Of a stretch of DNA of 64,000 nt, positions 50,835 to 64,000 are shown piece after piece. This DNA comes from Dendrobates tinctorius. Its lineage: Eukaryota. Made by a program: the position numbers and the translations under genes. How positions within the stretch are numbered: the first letter of the stretch is position 1; each line of letters starts with the position of its first letter. The notes under the pieces are model-generated. The model was not told where the DNA came from, made no database searches, and saw only the letters and a list, made by a program, of their open reading frames with translations. The stretch lies in assembly GCF_039654945.1 (NCBI RefSeq), contig NW_027361676.1, forward strand, positions 41,292,001 to 41,356,000, given 5' to 3'.

Positions 50835-51110
50835 CAGTACAGACCAAAAGTTTGGACACACCTCATTCAAATAGTTTTCTTTATTTTCATGACTAGAAAA
50901 ATTGTAGATTCACTCTGAAGGCATCAAAACTATGAAATAACACATGTATAATTAACAAAAAAGTGTGAAACAGCTGAAAATATGTCTTATATTCCAGGTT
51001 CTTCAAAGTAGCCACCTTTTGCTTTGATTACTGCTTTGCACACTCTTGGCATTCTCTTGATGAGCTTCTAGAGGTAGTCACCGGAAATGGTTCTCACTTC
51101 ACAGGTGTGA
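50835..51110. mobile_element. Tc1 terminal fragment
   Basis: TA|CAGTACAGACCAAAAGTTTGGACACACC, followed by Tc1-like ...ttcttcaaagtagccacctttt. Confidence 0.7.
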
Positions 51111-51111
51111 A

Positions 51112-51490
51112 CTAATGAACTGCGTCACTAATCAAAGCTCGGTGGCTGCTGGATATGCACACGGGGTGGCGCAAGGGGGGTGAAAAAGAAAAGTTGAAAA
51201 CAGAAGGCACGAGCTCTGATGAGTGAACTGCATCACTCATCAAAGCTTGGCGGCTGCTAGATGTGCGCATGGAGGTGCCGCAAGTGGGTTCAAAAAGAAA
51301 AGTTGAAAACAGCAAGCACGAGCTCTGATGAGTGAACTGCGTCACTAATCAAGGCTCGGCTGCTGCTGGATGTGCGCATAGAGGTGGCACAAAGGAGGGT
51401 GAAAAAGAAAAAACGAGAGTTGATTGGCGAACTGTTAACAATCAACGCTCGGCGGCTGCTAAATGTGCACATGGAGGCGGCGCAAATGGG
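51112..51490 (+). repeat. ~108-bp minisatellite, ~3.5 diverged copies
   Basis: gaactg-initiated units at ~51117, 51225, 51334 and 51429 (last most diverged). Confidence 0.8.
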
Positions 51491-51921
51491 GTGGAGGGGG
51501 TAAAAAGGGAAAGGGAAGGGGGGATTGGGGTGGATTGGGGTGGATGAAGAGAGATCGGGCAGGTATCAGGAATCAAAAAACTTACAGTTGTCTCTCCTCT
51601 TTCTTCTGTCTTGTCTTCTTCTCTGTTCTTTGTTCAGCAGGGATTGTGGTGTCACAGGCCTCTGTGGCACTACAAGGCCCAGCACCACAGCAGATCCTGT
51701 AGCATGACCGCTCTTCAGAATACCTCAGCAATGATCCTAGGCGGGTCATATCCGGAGCACAGCCAGGTCACAGCACGGTCACACCACAGATGTGCCCTGT
51801 GATTGGCGCGATCGATGTAATCAGCAGGTACTGGCCATGCCTGGTGTTGCTAGGCACCAGTCTAGGATCGGTGGCCTTACAGCTTTGATCCTAGGCAGGT
51901 CACAGGCAGGGCACAGCGCAG

Positions 51922-53905
51922 TCATAGAATCATAGAATCGTAGAGTTGGAAGGGACCTTCTGGGCCATCTGGTCCAACCCCCTGTTGAAAAGCAGGATTC
52001 GCTAAATCATCCCAAACAGATGTCTGTCCAGCCTCTGTTTGAAGACTTCTATTGAAGGAGAAGTCACCACCTCTCGTGGCAGCCTGTTCCAATTATTGAT
52101 CACTCTGTCAAAAAGTTTTTTCTAATATCTAATCTGTGTCTCCTCCCATTCAGTTTCATCCCATTGCTTCTAGTCTTTCCTTGTGCAAATGAGAATAAAG
52201 ATGATCCTTCTACAACGTGACAGCCCTTGAGATATTTGTAGACAGCTATTAAGTCTCCTTTCAGTCTTCTCTTCTGCAAGCTAAACATTCCCAAATCCTG
52301 CAACCTTTCCTCATAAGACAGGGTTTGCAGACCAGTCACCATTCTGGTCGCTCTTTTCTGAATTTGCTCCAGTTTGTTGATGTCTTTTTAAAAATGTGGT
52401 GCCCAAAACTGGACACAGTATTCCAGATGAGGTCTGACCAAAGAGGAGTAGAGGGTAATAATGACTTCAAGTGATCTAGACTGTATGCTTCTGTTAATAC
52501 ATCCTAGAATTGCATTTGCCTTTTTTGCTGCTGCATCACACTATTGACTCATATTCAGTCTGTGATCTATTAGTATACCCGTCTTTTTCACATGTGCTGT
52601 TGTTTAGCCCTATTCCTCCCATTCTGTATATGCTTTTTTCTTTTTATTGCCCAGATGTAGTACTTTGCATTTTTCCCTGTTAAAAATCATTCTGTTAGTT
52701 GCTGCCCACTGCTCCAGTTTATTTATATCTTTTTGAATCCTCTCTCTCTTCTCTAGTATCAGCTATCCCTCCTAGCTTTGTGTCATCAGCAAATTTAATC
52801 AGTTTACCCTCAATTCCTTCATCTAAATCGTTGATAAAAATGTTGAACGATACAGGGCCCAGGACAGAGCCCTGTGGTACGCCACTTGAGACATTCTTCC
52901 AACTGGATGTGCAGCCATTTACGACCACTCTTTGGGTCTGATCACTAAGCCAGTTATGAATCCACCTAACAGTTGCCTTGTCCATTCCATACTTAGCCAT
53001 TTTTTAAGTAAGGATTGTGTAAGATACTTTGCCAAATGCTTTGCTGAAGTCAAGATATACTATATCTACAGCATTTCCCTGATCCACCCAATCAGTGATT
53101 CTGTCATAGAAGGAAATTAAGTTAGCCTTACATGACTTATTAGTTACAAACCCATGCATACTCTGTTTAATCACTTCATTCTTATCCAGGTACTTACATA
53201 CATGTTATTTAATAATTTGTTCAAAGATTTTTCCTGGTATAGAAGTCAGATTCACCGGCCTATAGTTGCCTGGGTCCACCTTCTTCCCCTTTTTGAAGAA
53301 AGGAGCATTTGCTCTTCTCCAGTCTTCTGGGACTTCTCCTTTTCTCCAAGAATTTTCAAAGATTATGGAGAGGGGTTCAAAAATTTCTTCTGCTATCTCC
53401 TTCAGTACTCTGGGGTGTAATTCATCTGGACCTGGAGACTTTAATTCATTTAGGTTAGTTAAGTGTTTAGTTAAGTGTTTCCTCACTATTTTTCTGTTTA
53501 TAGATATCCTGGATTCTTCTATTCCCTTAATAGGACAGTGAAGAACAGTTGATGTTACATTTCCTTTCTGAGAGAAAACAGATGCAAAATAGGAATTTAA
53601 AAGTTCGGCATTCTCAACATCCTGTCTTACCATTTCATCATTTTCATCCTGTAAAAATCCGATAGCATCTTTGACTTTTCTTTTATTTTTGACATATTCC
53701 CAAAATCCTTTATTATTGCTTTTGACGTCTCTTGCAAGCCTCAATTCATTGACAGCTTTAGTAATCTGATTTGTGCCCTGCAAGTTCTGCAAACAGCATT
53801 ATATTCTTCTTTAGATATGCCTCCCTCTTTCCATTTTATAAACATTTCTTTCTTCTGTTTTAGCATGTGCTTAAGTTCTGAGTTCATCCATCCTGGTTTC
53901 CTTAA
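51922..53905 (-). mobile_element. 5'-truncated CR1 LINE (ORF2 reverse transcriptase pseudogene plus 3' tail)
   Basis: Minus-strand [72 protein letters not shown]; 3' (ATTCTATG)n tail seen as catagaatcatagaat. Confidence 0.93.
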
Positions 53906-54247
53906 ATGTAGCTGTACTCTGTGTTTGGCGGAATCGATGTAATCGGCGACCGCGCCAATCAGAGTCGGCTCAGGCGATGCCAGTTCAGCAGGCAAATTAT
54001 CTAGAACAAAACAACTTAATTTTTCCACATGAGTAGAACCCACTTTCAGAGAAAAAACTTCAGACATGAACAAATTCCGTCCCGGATGAAAGGAGATGAG
54101 TCAATAGTCACAATTGATGCGAGTGAACCAGGGCTTGCTGCTCCATAGACAGCTTTTGCATCATCTGAGCGAGGCTATTCACCTGCTCAGAGAGAGCATG
54201 CAGCGAATCCATGACCAGGGGAAAAAAAAGGTGCAATCCCATTTAAA

Positions 54248-54864
54248 TGTTATGGTCAGTTATAATGTCAGGAGACAGACACTGTGTGCGGTGCATACAC
54301 ACTAGAGAGAGAAAGGACAGTACCGTACAGTACAGAGGGGGAGGGATGGAGAAAGTAGCAGGCAGAAACGACGGTATGCAGAGACACAGACAAGGACCTA
54401 GCGGGTCACGTGACCAGAGCAGGAAGGTTCTCAAGCCTAGAACTAGTACTCGTGCGAACTGGGGAGCACGAGGCGGAAAGTAAGAATCGGCAATGCCTGG
54501 AGCGGGGTCGGACTAGCCAAGGTCAGTAACAGGAGGACAGCACAGGACAAAAGGAGTGAGACAAAAACGTAGTCAGGAGACAAGCCGAAGTCAAGTACCA
54601 AAAGAGCCGAACGAGGTACAGAATCAACAGGCAATAGCAAAGTGAGGGACAGACTGGATCACAACCAGAGAACATACACGCAGTGCAGGCACAAGGCACA
54701 AACACACAAAACACCAGGGTCAACTTAACTCAGCCGAGGGCAGGAGTATAACTGACAGTGAACCCTATTCCAGCGTGGGTATAAATATCCCTCCCAGATC
54801 CAAAAGGAGGCCACAACAATTAACCCTAAGAGGGCAGGGCACTAACCCTGTCCAAACCATGACA
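54248..54864 (-). mobile_element. Probable solo LTR
   Basis: TGTTATGG...CCATGACA inverted termini; TSD not matching. Confidence 0.5.
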
Positions 54865-56301
54865 ATGAGGTCACAGCTGATTTTTTTTGTGAGGTAAAAC
54901 ATTTCCCTGTCTGTTTTTAAACAAAGTTTTACTTCAAAGAAAGAATCAGCTGTGATCCCATGCTGTAATGTCTGTATACCTTTTTTTCTTTCCCACCCTG
55001 CCCAGGAGATGTGGTATGATCATGTTCCTGCACGGTCAGACACAGCCATTACATAGTACACAGCAGGGGTACATTTATAAGATTACCTCAGCACAGGAAC
55101 ATTATTTTTAAACACATCCAATTGTGGAAATTATTATTACTCGAAGATCTCGTAATTAAAATCAACTTTTGCTTGTGGAAAAACCCCTTTAATGCTTTCT
55201 CTCTGTTCCATTAGTTTCAAGGTGTACTGTTTAGAGTAGGTACTTACCACAGCAGGACATGACAAATACTGCGCTGCACAGCAGAGGTTTCCCAAACCTT
55301 GCCTCCTTCTCTGACATCATTTCCTGATCTATAGCTATTGCCTGGAGCTGCTCTTCCAGACTTCACGCTCTGAATGCATTTACTCTCTGCTTCCTGTCAA
55401 GGAATTCTTCCTGTTTTCTAAAATAAAGAGGAGACAGGTAAAATGGAGCAGAGAGCTCCAAGTGTTACCAGTGTTATGTGCAGAATGACTGCAGGTCAAG
55501 TGTGCAGAGCAAGGACTATATAAGGGGAAACTGCAGCCAATCACATGCAGCTCTTCTATTTCCTGCTGTGTAAAAAATCAAGAGTGTATATTGCGCCTTG
55601 GACACTTGAATATGAGGGAAAAGGGTAAAAGAACTAACTACATTGGTCTGGTTATTACATGACCTAATTAGCTTCACTTTACTAAAACTTTCCTGCTTTT
55701 TGTGTTTGTAGCTTCACAGTTTTTCCCCAGAATAACTAATACAGAAAACAAGAACATATCAATTTAAAATAAAATAAAAAAAATAGCATTTCTTGCATGC
55801 ATGGCAGTGATGTGACTTTCCATAGAATTAGTTGTAAAAACATTTATTTTAGAAATGCCTCTTTAAGAAAAAACAAAGAATATGGTACATCGTAGCTAAG
55901 CTAATAGGACACTGACTGTGAAAAAAATGTGCAGAATTCATAAAAGCTAGTCTATATTTACTGGCTAATTGTATTTATCTACAGTTTATACAAGGACACA
56001 TCACACCTAACTTGGATTTTAATTAGTAGAAACTCAGCTTGCCATCTATAATAGGCCGTTAAACAAGAGGTGAGATTCTCCATAAAACTGATAACTATTT
56101 GCGAAACGTGGCAAGAATTATAGTGGTACAGATATTTTGGATACATGAGTTATTTTTGTGTATACAGCTACAGAAGAAAAATAACGCATGTATCCAAAGT
56201 ATCTGTACCGCTATAATTCTTGCCACATTTTGCAAATTTGTAGACTTCTGGATGTTTGTGTGGTGTCAGAAACAGAACTCTAGTTATAAAATACCAGCCT
56301 A

Positions 56302-56351
<50 letters not shown>

Positions 56352-56354
<3 letters not shown>

Positions 56355-58107
56355 TGCTCAAAAAATAAAGGAAACGCTAAAATACCACATCCTAGATATC
56401 ACTGAATTGAATATTGCCGTTGCAAATCTTTGTTCATTACATAGTAGAATGCCTTGAGAACAATAAAACATAAAAATGATCAATGTAAATCAAAACGAAT
56501 ATCCCATGGAGGTCTGGATTTGGAAAGATACTCAAAATCAAAGTGGAAAATCAAATTACAGGCTCATTCAACTCTAGTAGAAATGCCGCAAAACAAAGGA
56601 AATGATGCTCAGTAGTGTGTGTGGCCTCCACCTGCCTGCATGACCTCCCTATGCCTGGGCATGGTCCTGATAAGGCGGCGGATGTTCTGAGGGGTCTCAT
56701 CCCAGACCTGGATTAAAGCATCAGTCAACCCCTGAACAGTCTGTGATGCAACGTGGCATTTTTGAATGGAACGAGACATGATGTCCCAGATATGCTTGAT
56801 TGGATTTAGGTCTGGAGAATCGGCAGTTCAGTCCAAAAAGTCATTCCCGTTATCATGCAGGAACCGCTGACACACTTCAGCCACATGAGGCCTAGCATTG
56901 TCATGCATCAGAAGGAACCCAGGGACCAGTGCACCTGCATATGGTCTCACAATGGGTCTAAGGATCTGATTCCGGTACCTAATGGCAGTCAGGGTACCTC
57001 TGGCTAGCACATGGAGGCCCTCCAAAGAAATGCCTCACCACACCATGACACATTGCCAAACCTGTCATGCTGGAGGATGTTTCAGGTAGCAGAACATTCC
57101 CCACATGCTTAGTGTGAACCTGCTCTCATCCATGAAGAGCACAGGGCGCCAGTGTCAAATCTGCCAATCTTGGTGTACTTTGGCAAATGCCAATCGCCCT
57201 GCACCCACTTGTGGACGTCACGCCCATATACCACCCTCATGGAGTCCGTTTCTGACAGTTTGAGCAGACACATGGATGTTTATGGCCTGCTGGAGGTCAT
57301 TTTGCAGGGCTCTGGCACTGCGCCTCCTATTACTCCTTTCAAAAGGAGGAGTTAGTGGTCCTGCTGCTGTGTTTTTGCCCTCCTACGGCCCATTCCAAGT
57401 CTAAAGCCCCCTTCACACATAGCGAAATCGCTAGCGATATCGCTATAGCGTCACCGATTTTTTGACGCAACAGCGATATCGGTAGTGATCTCGCTACATG
57501 TGACCCGTACCTGCAACCCGGTCCCCCGCTGGATATCGCTGATCGCACGAGAACGGGAAGGCCCATTTTCTTCTCGCTGGCTTCCCGCTGACATCCCGCT
57601 GCCACCGCCGAGCGACGCATGGACGCAGGCGGTAGACGCCATCATCGTTGCGTCTTACAAGTAAGTAACGACCGCCGACGGGCTGCTGCGTCGCTGGTGA
57701 GATCTGCCTGTTTGGCAGCTCAATAGCGACCATTTAGCGATGCACCAGCAATCCTGACCGGGTCGTATTGTTGTTGGGATCGCTGGTGCATCGGTAAATG
57801 TAACGGGACCTTAATGGTATCTTCTCCATGCTCTGGAGACTGTGCTGACAGACACAGCTACCCTTCTTGCCACAGCTCGCAATTATATCACATCCTGGAT
57901 GAGCTATACTACCTGAGCAACTTCTGTGGGTTGTCTTACTAAGTGCATATCATTTCTACCTGTTGTCAGTTCCATTTGCACAACAGCAGGAGACATTGAT
58001 TCACAATCTGTGTTGCTTCATAACTGGACATATTGATTTCATAGAAGTGTGATTGACTTGGAGTTACATTTTTGTTTAATTGTTCCCTTTATTTTTTTTA
58101 AGCAGTG
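56352..58107 (-). mobile_element. Degenerate Tc1 element (same family as 60970-62543) with nested MITE
   Basis: TA|CACTGCTCAAAAAATAAAGG...CCTTTATTTTTTTTAAGCAGTG|TA; minus-strand LLMHDNARPHVA. Confidence 0.9.
57405..57810. mobile_element. Harbinger-like MITE (ATCGCT family) nested in Tc1
   Basis: TAA|AGCCCCCTTCACAC...TGTAACGGGACC|TTA; homologous to 22674-23067. Confidence 0.85.
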
Positions 58108-60969
58108 TATATATACAGTACTGTGCAAAAGATTTAGGCAGATGTTGAGAAAATGCTGCATAGTAAGAATACTTTCAAAAATAGAAGTGTTAATAGTTTA
58201 TTTTTAGCAATTAGTAAAATTCAAGTGAATGAACAAAATATCAAATCTAAATCAAATCATGATTTGGTGTGACCAGCTTTTGCTGGTGATACACAACTTT
58301 ACCAGGTGAGCAATTTCCTGTACCTTATTGTCTTTTACATCGGATAAGACCCTATTGCGCTTTTTGCTCAACTTTCCTGAGATTATATGATGAGACAGAA
58401 GGATTTGCACAAACCTGCATTCACTGAAGATCTGATCTTAGTTCTCCAAGATGTTTGGATCTACACCCATGCCAAGTTACTTCAAAATTTGTCTGCAAGT
58501 GTACTACTTATGTTAGTTTGAAGGTATATGGTGGTTATTCCAAATATTGATTATATGTAGATTTCTCGTTATATACTGTATATAAACAAACATTAAGCAA
58601 TGACCTATAGAAAAAAAGGTATACAAATTGGCTTTCTTCCTGATAAAATAAAACATTCTATATAGTGCCACCCATAGAGGGTTGCTACTCTACAGGTTTG
58701 ATTCATCAAAGTTTTCATGCCAGAATTCTGGCATAAAAGTTTTGAATAGTCGTAAAATTTAGGGGGAAATTAAAGTTGTGCAAAAATGTTTCAAATTTTG
58801 GCGCTTTCTCCCAGCGCCACCTAATGGGTGGAACTGGGGCAGGACAGGGTGTGGCGAGGGCATGACATTACACCTCGTCTAATTCATGAGCGTTCCATAC
58901 CCAAGAAATCTCACTCCATTCTTTGAGAGGATTTCTGGCATGGCGCACGTCACCCCAGATTCATAAAGAGGCGGGCAACTATTCATAGATCTGGAGTGTC
59001 TGACTCTAGCACACCGCCTTATCAAGACCAGTGTGATCAGTGCCGGTCTGGATGAATCAGGCCCTAAATGTTAATATTTACCCCTTGAGGAAGCACATTG
59101 TGAATTTTATTCCGCTTCCTATGACCTACATGCCCATATGGACGACTACATAGGGTTGATCCTACTGTCCGATTCCCATTAAGCCATACAGCATGGGACT
59201 CTGGGAATAAATGCAGACAAGAGTCCCAGTACACTTCTTTTGTAGCTGCGCCCATGGCAGTAGGGTTGCTGTCATCAGCTGTATTGCTCGCGCACTTGTT
59301 CTGTTGTACATTAGATCACCGTGTTTGGTGCCCTCCAGGATAAGACATATGTTTTTACTCTTTTATCTAACAGGAATGACTGCTTTTATGGTATTGCATT
59401 TCTTAATTTTTGTGAGTTTTGAACACAGGTTCTGTAGGATAATCTTCCTTAGTTCAGCACATCCTCCAGCTGTTATCCACCCATGTAGACATGAAGCAGC
59501 TGTATAGAAATATCCTCAAGCTTGATACGATGGGTAACCGTAATTATAGCTTGCAAAGTTAATGTCAGCTGTTTGCTGCCGCTCAGTAGTCTGATCTTCA
59601 GGGGTCAAAGGTGCAAACCGCTGAGGCGGCTCTGTCTTGAATATAGTGGGCTCCAGTAATAAGTACTTGTCACCTCGAGGCTGTTTGGCGGTATTATTAG
59701 ATTTTATTTATAATGTCTCAGAATACTCCCTGGAGCTGAAAAAGGTAGAAAAGGGGCACAAAGGCTGGGATCGGTGGTCACAGAATGACAGTAAAGACAT
59801 ATTTATGTACTAACGGCCCTTTGTTGTTACGATGTTTTTGTTGTACGTTTGCTCTGCATTAATTTATTTAAAAAACCACTCCAGTGATTTTTTTTCCCTG
59901 TGCTCTAGGTATCATATATGTAAGTGTAATTAGTGTAGTAAATAACTGGGGAGAATCTAGCTCCAACAGGGTCTCATCCAACAATAAGATTTATCAGATT
60001 GTGCTAACCTGATCCGTCATTGCGTTTTTCAGGTGTTGTTTTCCTGCTGCGGATCTACGGGTCGTCAGACTGATCAAATGAAGATATGGAGAGTTTGTGG
60101 ATATTTTCTGCGCTGCCAATTACTGAAGACATCAGTTCTCAAGAATTTACTAAATATGCGGTTTTTATTCAAAGTGCACTTCTTCCTCCAGACACAGGTT
60201 GTTTCCTGGGAAAGACGTGGATGTCACTTTGAAACTCAATGAATAAAACCGCATGTTTAATTGATTTTTGCCGGAGTGCTGGATACAATCTCCATGTAAG
60301 TCTATAGGACTGAGAACACAACCTCAGAGCCGCCTCTGAATTCCCATAGACTTACATTGAGAATATTCACAAAGTGACCTGACATCCGAGTGCAGTCCAA
60401 TTTCTGTGGACTCACATAATGCAGAAATCTTGTTCTCCATCTTCTCCACACCTGTGCTAAGGTTCTCTCATCTAAGCGATTCAGATCACACTAAGCGGAC
60501 ACTCAGATCAGAGTTTGATCCGCGTGGCATTTACGTAATTGATCCAATTTTCTCGGAGGAGAGAACATACGCTCGGGTGACCCTGGCCTTATAGATATTT
60601 GGGGGAGTTGTTTCCTGGATTTATGGCATATTTTTTATGGATTCATTTAACAATATTGTACTTTGTTTTGGGGCTTTTCCCCCAATTTCTCACAGATTTC
60701 CAGACAGTATAACTATATTATTCTCTTCACTAATGCATACTAACATTTCCAATGTATCCTTTACTGAAGTAGTTAAATGAATGTGTATTGGAATATTATG
60801 TCCTGTTCTTGTAGCAGCAGCCAGAAACAAACATCTGGATTTCCCAAGAAGACTGCAATCTTTACTGTTTACTTTAATGGGATGAAGCTAGTAAAATGTG
60901 ACAAGTTACTTCCTTTCCACTTGAAGAATGTAATGAAGAGATTATATATTCTGTATGTGTGCATACATA

Positions 60970-62543
60970 CACTGCTCAAAAAAATAAAGGGAACACTTAA
61001 ACAACCGAATATAACTCCAACTTAATCAAACTTCTGTGAAATCTAACTGTCCACTTAGGAAGCAACACTGATTGACAATCAATTTAACATGCTGTTGTGC
61101 AAATGGAATAGACAACAGATGGAAATTATTGGCAATTATCAAGACACTCAATGAAGGAGTGGTTCTGCAGGTGGGGACCACAGACCACATCTCAGTACCA
61201 ATGCTTTATGGATGATGTTTTGGTCACTTTTGAATTTTGGTTGTGCTTTCACACTCGTGGTAGAATGAGACAGACTCTACAACCCACACAAGTGGCTCAG
61301 GTAGTGCAGCTCATCCAGGATGGCACATCAATACGAACTGTGGCAAGAAGGTTTGCTGTGTCTGTCAGCGTTGTGTCCAGAGGCTGGAGGCGTTCCCCGG
61401 AGACAGGCTAGTACACCAGGAGATGTGGAGGCGGCCATAGGAAGGCAACAACCCAGCAGCAGGACCGCTACCTCCGACTTTGTGTAAGGAGGAACAGGAG
61501 CACTGCCAGAGCCCTGCAAAATTACCTCCAGCAGGCCACAAATGTGCATGTGTCTGCACAAACGGTTAGAAACAGACTACATGAGAATGGTCTGAGTGCC
61601 TGATGTCCACAGATGGGGGTTATGCTCACAGCCCAACACCGTACAGGAGGCTTGGCATTTGCCACAGAACATGAGGATTGGCAAATTCGCCACTGGCGCA
61701 CTGTGCTCTTCACAGATGAAAGCAGGTTCACACTGAGCACATGTGACAGATGTGACAGAGTCTGGAGACACCATGGAGAGCGATCTGCTGCCTGCAACAT
61801 CCTTCAGCATGACCGGTTTAGCAGTGGGTCAGTAATGGTGTGGGGTGGCATTTCTTTGGAGGGCCACACAGCCCTTCATATGCTCGCCAGAGGTAGCCTG
61901 ACTGCCATTAAGTACCGAGATGAGATCCTCAGACCCCTTGTGAGACCATATGCTTTAGCGGTTGGCCCTGGTTCCTCATAATGCAGGACAATGCCAGACC
62001 TCATGTGGCTGGAGTGTGTCAGCAGTTCCTGCAAGATGAAGGCATTGAAGCTATGGACTGGCCCGCCCGTTCCCCAGACCTGAATCCAATTGAGCACATC
62101 TGGAACATCATGTCTCGCTCTATCCACCAATGTCACGTTGCATCACAGATTGTCCAGGAGTTGGCAGATGCTTTAGTCCAGGTCTGGGAGGAGATCCCTC
62201 AGGAGACCATCCGTCGCCTCATCAGAAGCACACCCAGGCATTGTAGTGAGGTCATACAGGCATGTGGAGGCCACACACACTACTGAGCATCTTTTCCTTG
62301 TCATGAGGCCTTTCCACTGAAGTTGGATCAGCCTGTAATTTGATTTTCTATTTTGATTATGAGTATTATTCCAAATCCAGACCTCCATGGGATATTCATT
62401 TTGATTTACATTGATAATTGTTATGTTTCATTGTTCTGAACACATTCCACTATGCAATGTATAAAAATTTGCAACTGAAATATTTCATTCAGAGATATCT
62501 AGGATGTGGTATTTTAGTGTTCCCTTTATTTTTTTGAGCTGTG
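60970..62543 (+). mobile_element. Full-length Tc1 element, 1,574 bp
   Basis: TA|CACTGCTCAAAAAAATAAAGGGAACAC...GTGTTCCCTTTATTTTTTTGAGCTGTG|TA. Confidence 0.93.
61265..62286 (+). pseudogene. Tc1 DD34E transposase pseudogene
   Basis: [75 protein letters not shown]; in-frame stops (e.g. ~61389, ~61601) and a break near 61980. Confidence 0.92.
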
Positions 62544-62710
62544 TATAATAAACATAAGAACCAGTAATGCTGAGCCAGATCTTTCCTACATTGGCTCCTA
62601 CTGACCAATAATGGGGGTGTTAAGGTATCGCAAGGTTCCCTCCTTGGCTTTCTGATGGCTAGGATACTGTGGACACCAGTACACCGACACCTTCAGTCAG
62701 TTATAATGTA

Positions 62711-63050
62711 CAGTTAGGTCTATATATATTTGGACAGAGGCAACATTTTTCTAATTTTTGTTCTAGACATTACCACAATGAATTTTAAACTAAACAATTC
62801 AGATGCAGTTGAAGTTCAGACTTTCAGCTTTCATTTGAGGATATCCACATTAAAATTGGATGAAGGGTTTAGGAGTTTCAGCTAAATCCTAAATCCTTCA
62901 TCCAATTTTAATGTGGATACCCTCAAATGAAAGCTGAAAGTCTGAACTTCAACTGCATCTGAATTATTTTGTTTAAAATTCATTGTGGTAATGTCTAGAA
63001 CCAAAATTAGAAAAATGTTGTCCCTGTCCAACTATATATGGACCTAACTG
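62711..63050. mobile_element. Tc1-derived fold-back MITE (near-perfect 340-bp hairpin)
   Basis: TA|CAGTTAGGTCTATATATATTTGGACAG...CTGTCCAACTATATATGGACCTAACTG|TA; ~163-bp arms around a short spacer near 62880. Confidence 0.9.
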
Positions 63051-64000
63051 TATCTATTGTATGAGAAGTCCTGCTCTGCACTGTGGCGTCCATTAAGAAC
63101 AGACTCCATGACACACATATGAACAGAGGGACATAGAAGACTTTCTTCATGCAGACATAATGCGTATGAAAGATGATTGATCAGGACAGATTATCATTAA
63201 ATTATCCTGGTATTACTATTTTATGCTGGATACAATACTGTAGGATGTTACACTAATCTGACCTTCAGGGAGCTACTGAATCCTGCCAGAGGAAAACATG
63301 AAACTATTACTCTAAAGTTTTAAATGGGTTAAATTGCAAATTGATTATAAAAACAAGAAACTTTGCAATTTAAGTCTTATTAGAAATCCTCTCTGTTCTC
63401 GAAAAAATGAGGAATTTTTGCTCTTTTTTACATATTGTTGTCTAGACTACCGGCCACCACTGCAGTCTATCAGCGGTGGCCAGTCTCCTAGGCAAGGAGT
63501 GTAGCGCTTGCAAACTCTCCCCCTGCGCTCCTCCGATGCTATAGGGGTAAAGCTGCAACATCGGAGAGTTCACAGTTCAGGCCAGCAACACACCAATACC
63601 GCTAGTCTAAGCTGTCAATCAAGAGCATAACGCCCACCCACCGGCAAGCTGGAAGCCATGAGGCAGGTACACTGCTGAAACACCAACATGAGGCAACTCA
63701 TGTAACACAAATGTGCACAGGGCCTAATAATAGGTGTACTGATCCATGTCTGTTCTATATCTGGTACGTAGTGTATTATACAACCTGTATACACACTAAC
63801 ACACACAGGCGCACTATTGGCAATACACAGCCTCACCAGGACCAATGATCATGTGTAGGGATCAATCCAAATGCCACGTTCGCCTCACAGAAGCTTTATC
63901 GTAATAAAAAGAAGAACACAGAAAAGTTTTCAACTAACTTTATTCTCAATGAAAAAGTTGAATCCAATCTTTTTAGAATTGTAACTGTGCAACAAATCCT

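Larger units (their letters stand above)
50038..55188. mobile_element. T2/Kolobok-like MITE ends separated by ~4.8 kb of nested repeats
   Basis: TTAA|AGGGGTTTTCCCACAA...caattggatgtgtttaa at left and aaacacatccaattg...TTGTGGAAAAACCCCT|TTAA at right; a further left-end copy starts at ~47667. Confidence 0.6.

Overview
Repeat-dense vertebrate genomic DNA, most likely anuran amphibian (inferred from the repeat spectrum: T2/Kolobok-like and Harbinger MITEs, Tc1, CR1, Penelope-type motifs). No host protein-coding gene can be supported. Two large, young DNA transposons dominate. (1) A 6,973-bp hAT element (25166-32138; TIRs and perfect 8-bp TSD GTTATGAT) encodes a BED-finger/DDE/hATC transposase broken by one 1-bp frameshift. 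(2) A 4.9-kb PIF/Harbinger element (33240-38164) has convergent, intron-containing MADF/BESS and HARBI1-type nuclease genes. The most unusual structure is that this Harbinger, 2.45 kb of unrelated DNA and an inverted non-autonomous copy (40615-41255) appear to have inserted as one ~8-kb composite unit bounded by two left ends, because the interrupted host repeat is contiguous across the outer ends. Other highlights are a 3.1-kb non-autonomous hAT that is mostly one giant palindrome with microsatellite arms (13560-16700), a TSD-flanked 130-bp insertion carrying a minimal Penelope-type hammerhead ribozyme (45235-45364), piggyBac-like elements carrying telomere-like CCCTAA arrays, and MITEs with outward-facing splice donors around CRE/CpG cores. 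The remainder comprises Helitron, Tc1, copia, CR1 and solo-LTR relics with deep nesting. All coordinates were read by eye and family names are motif-based, not from database searches.
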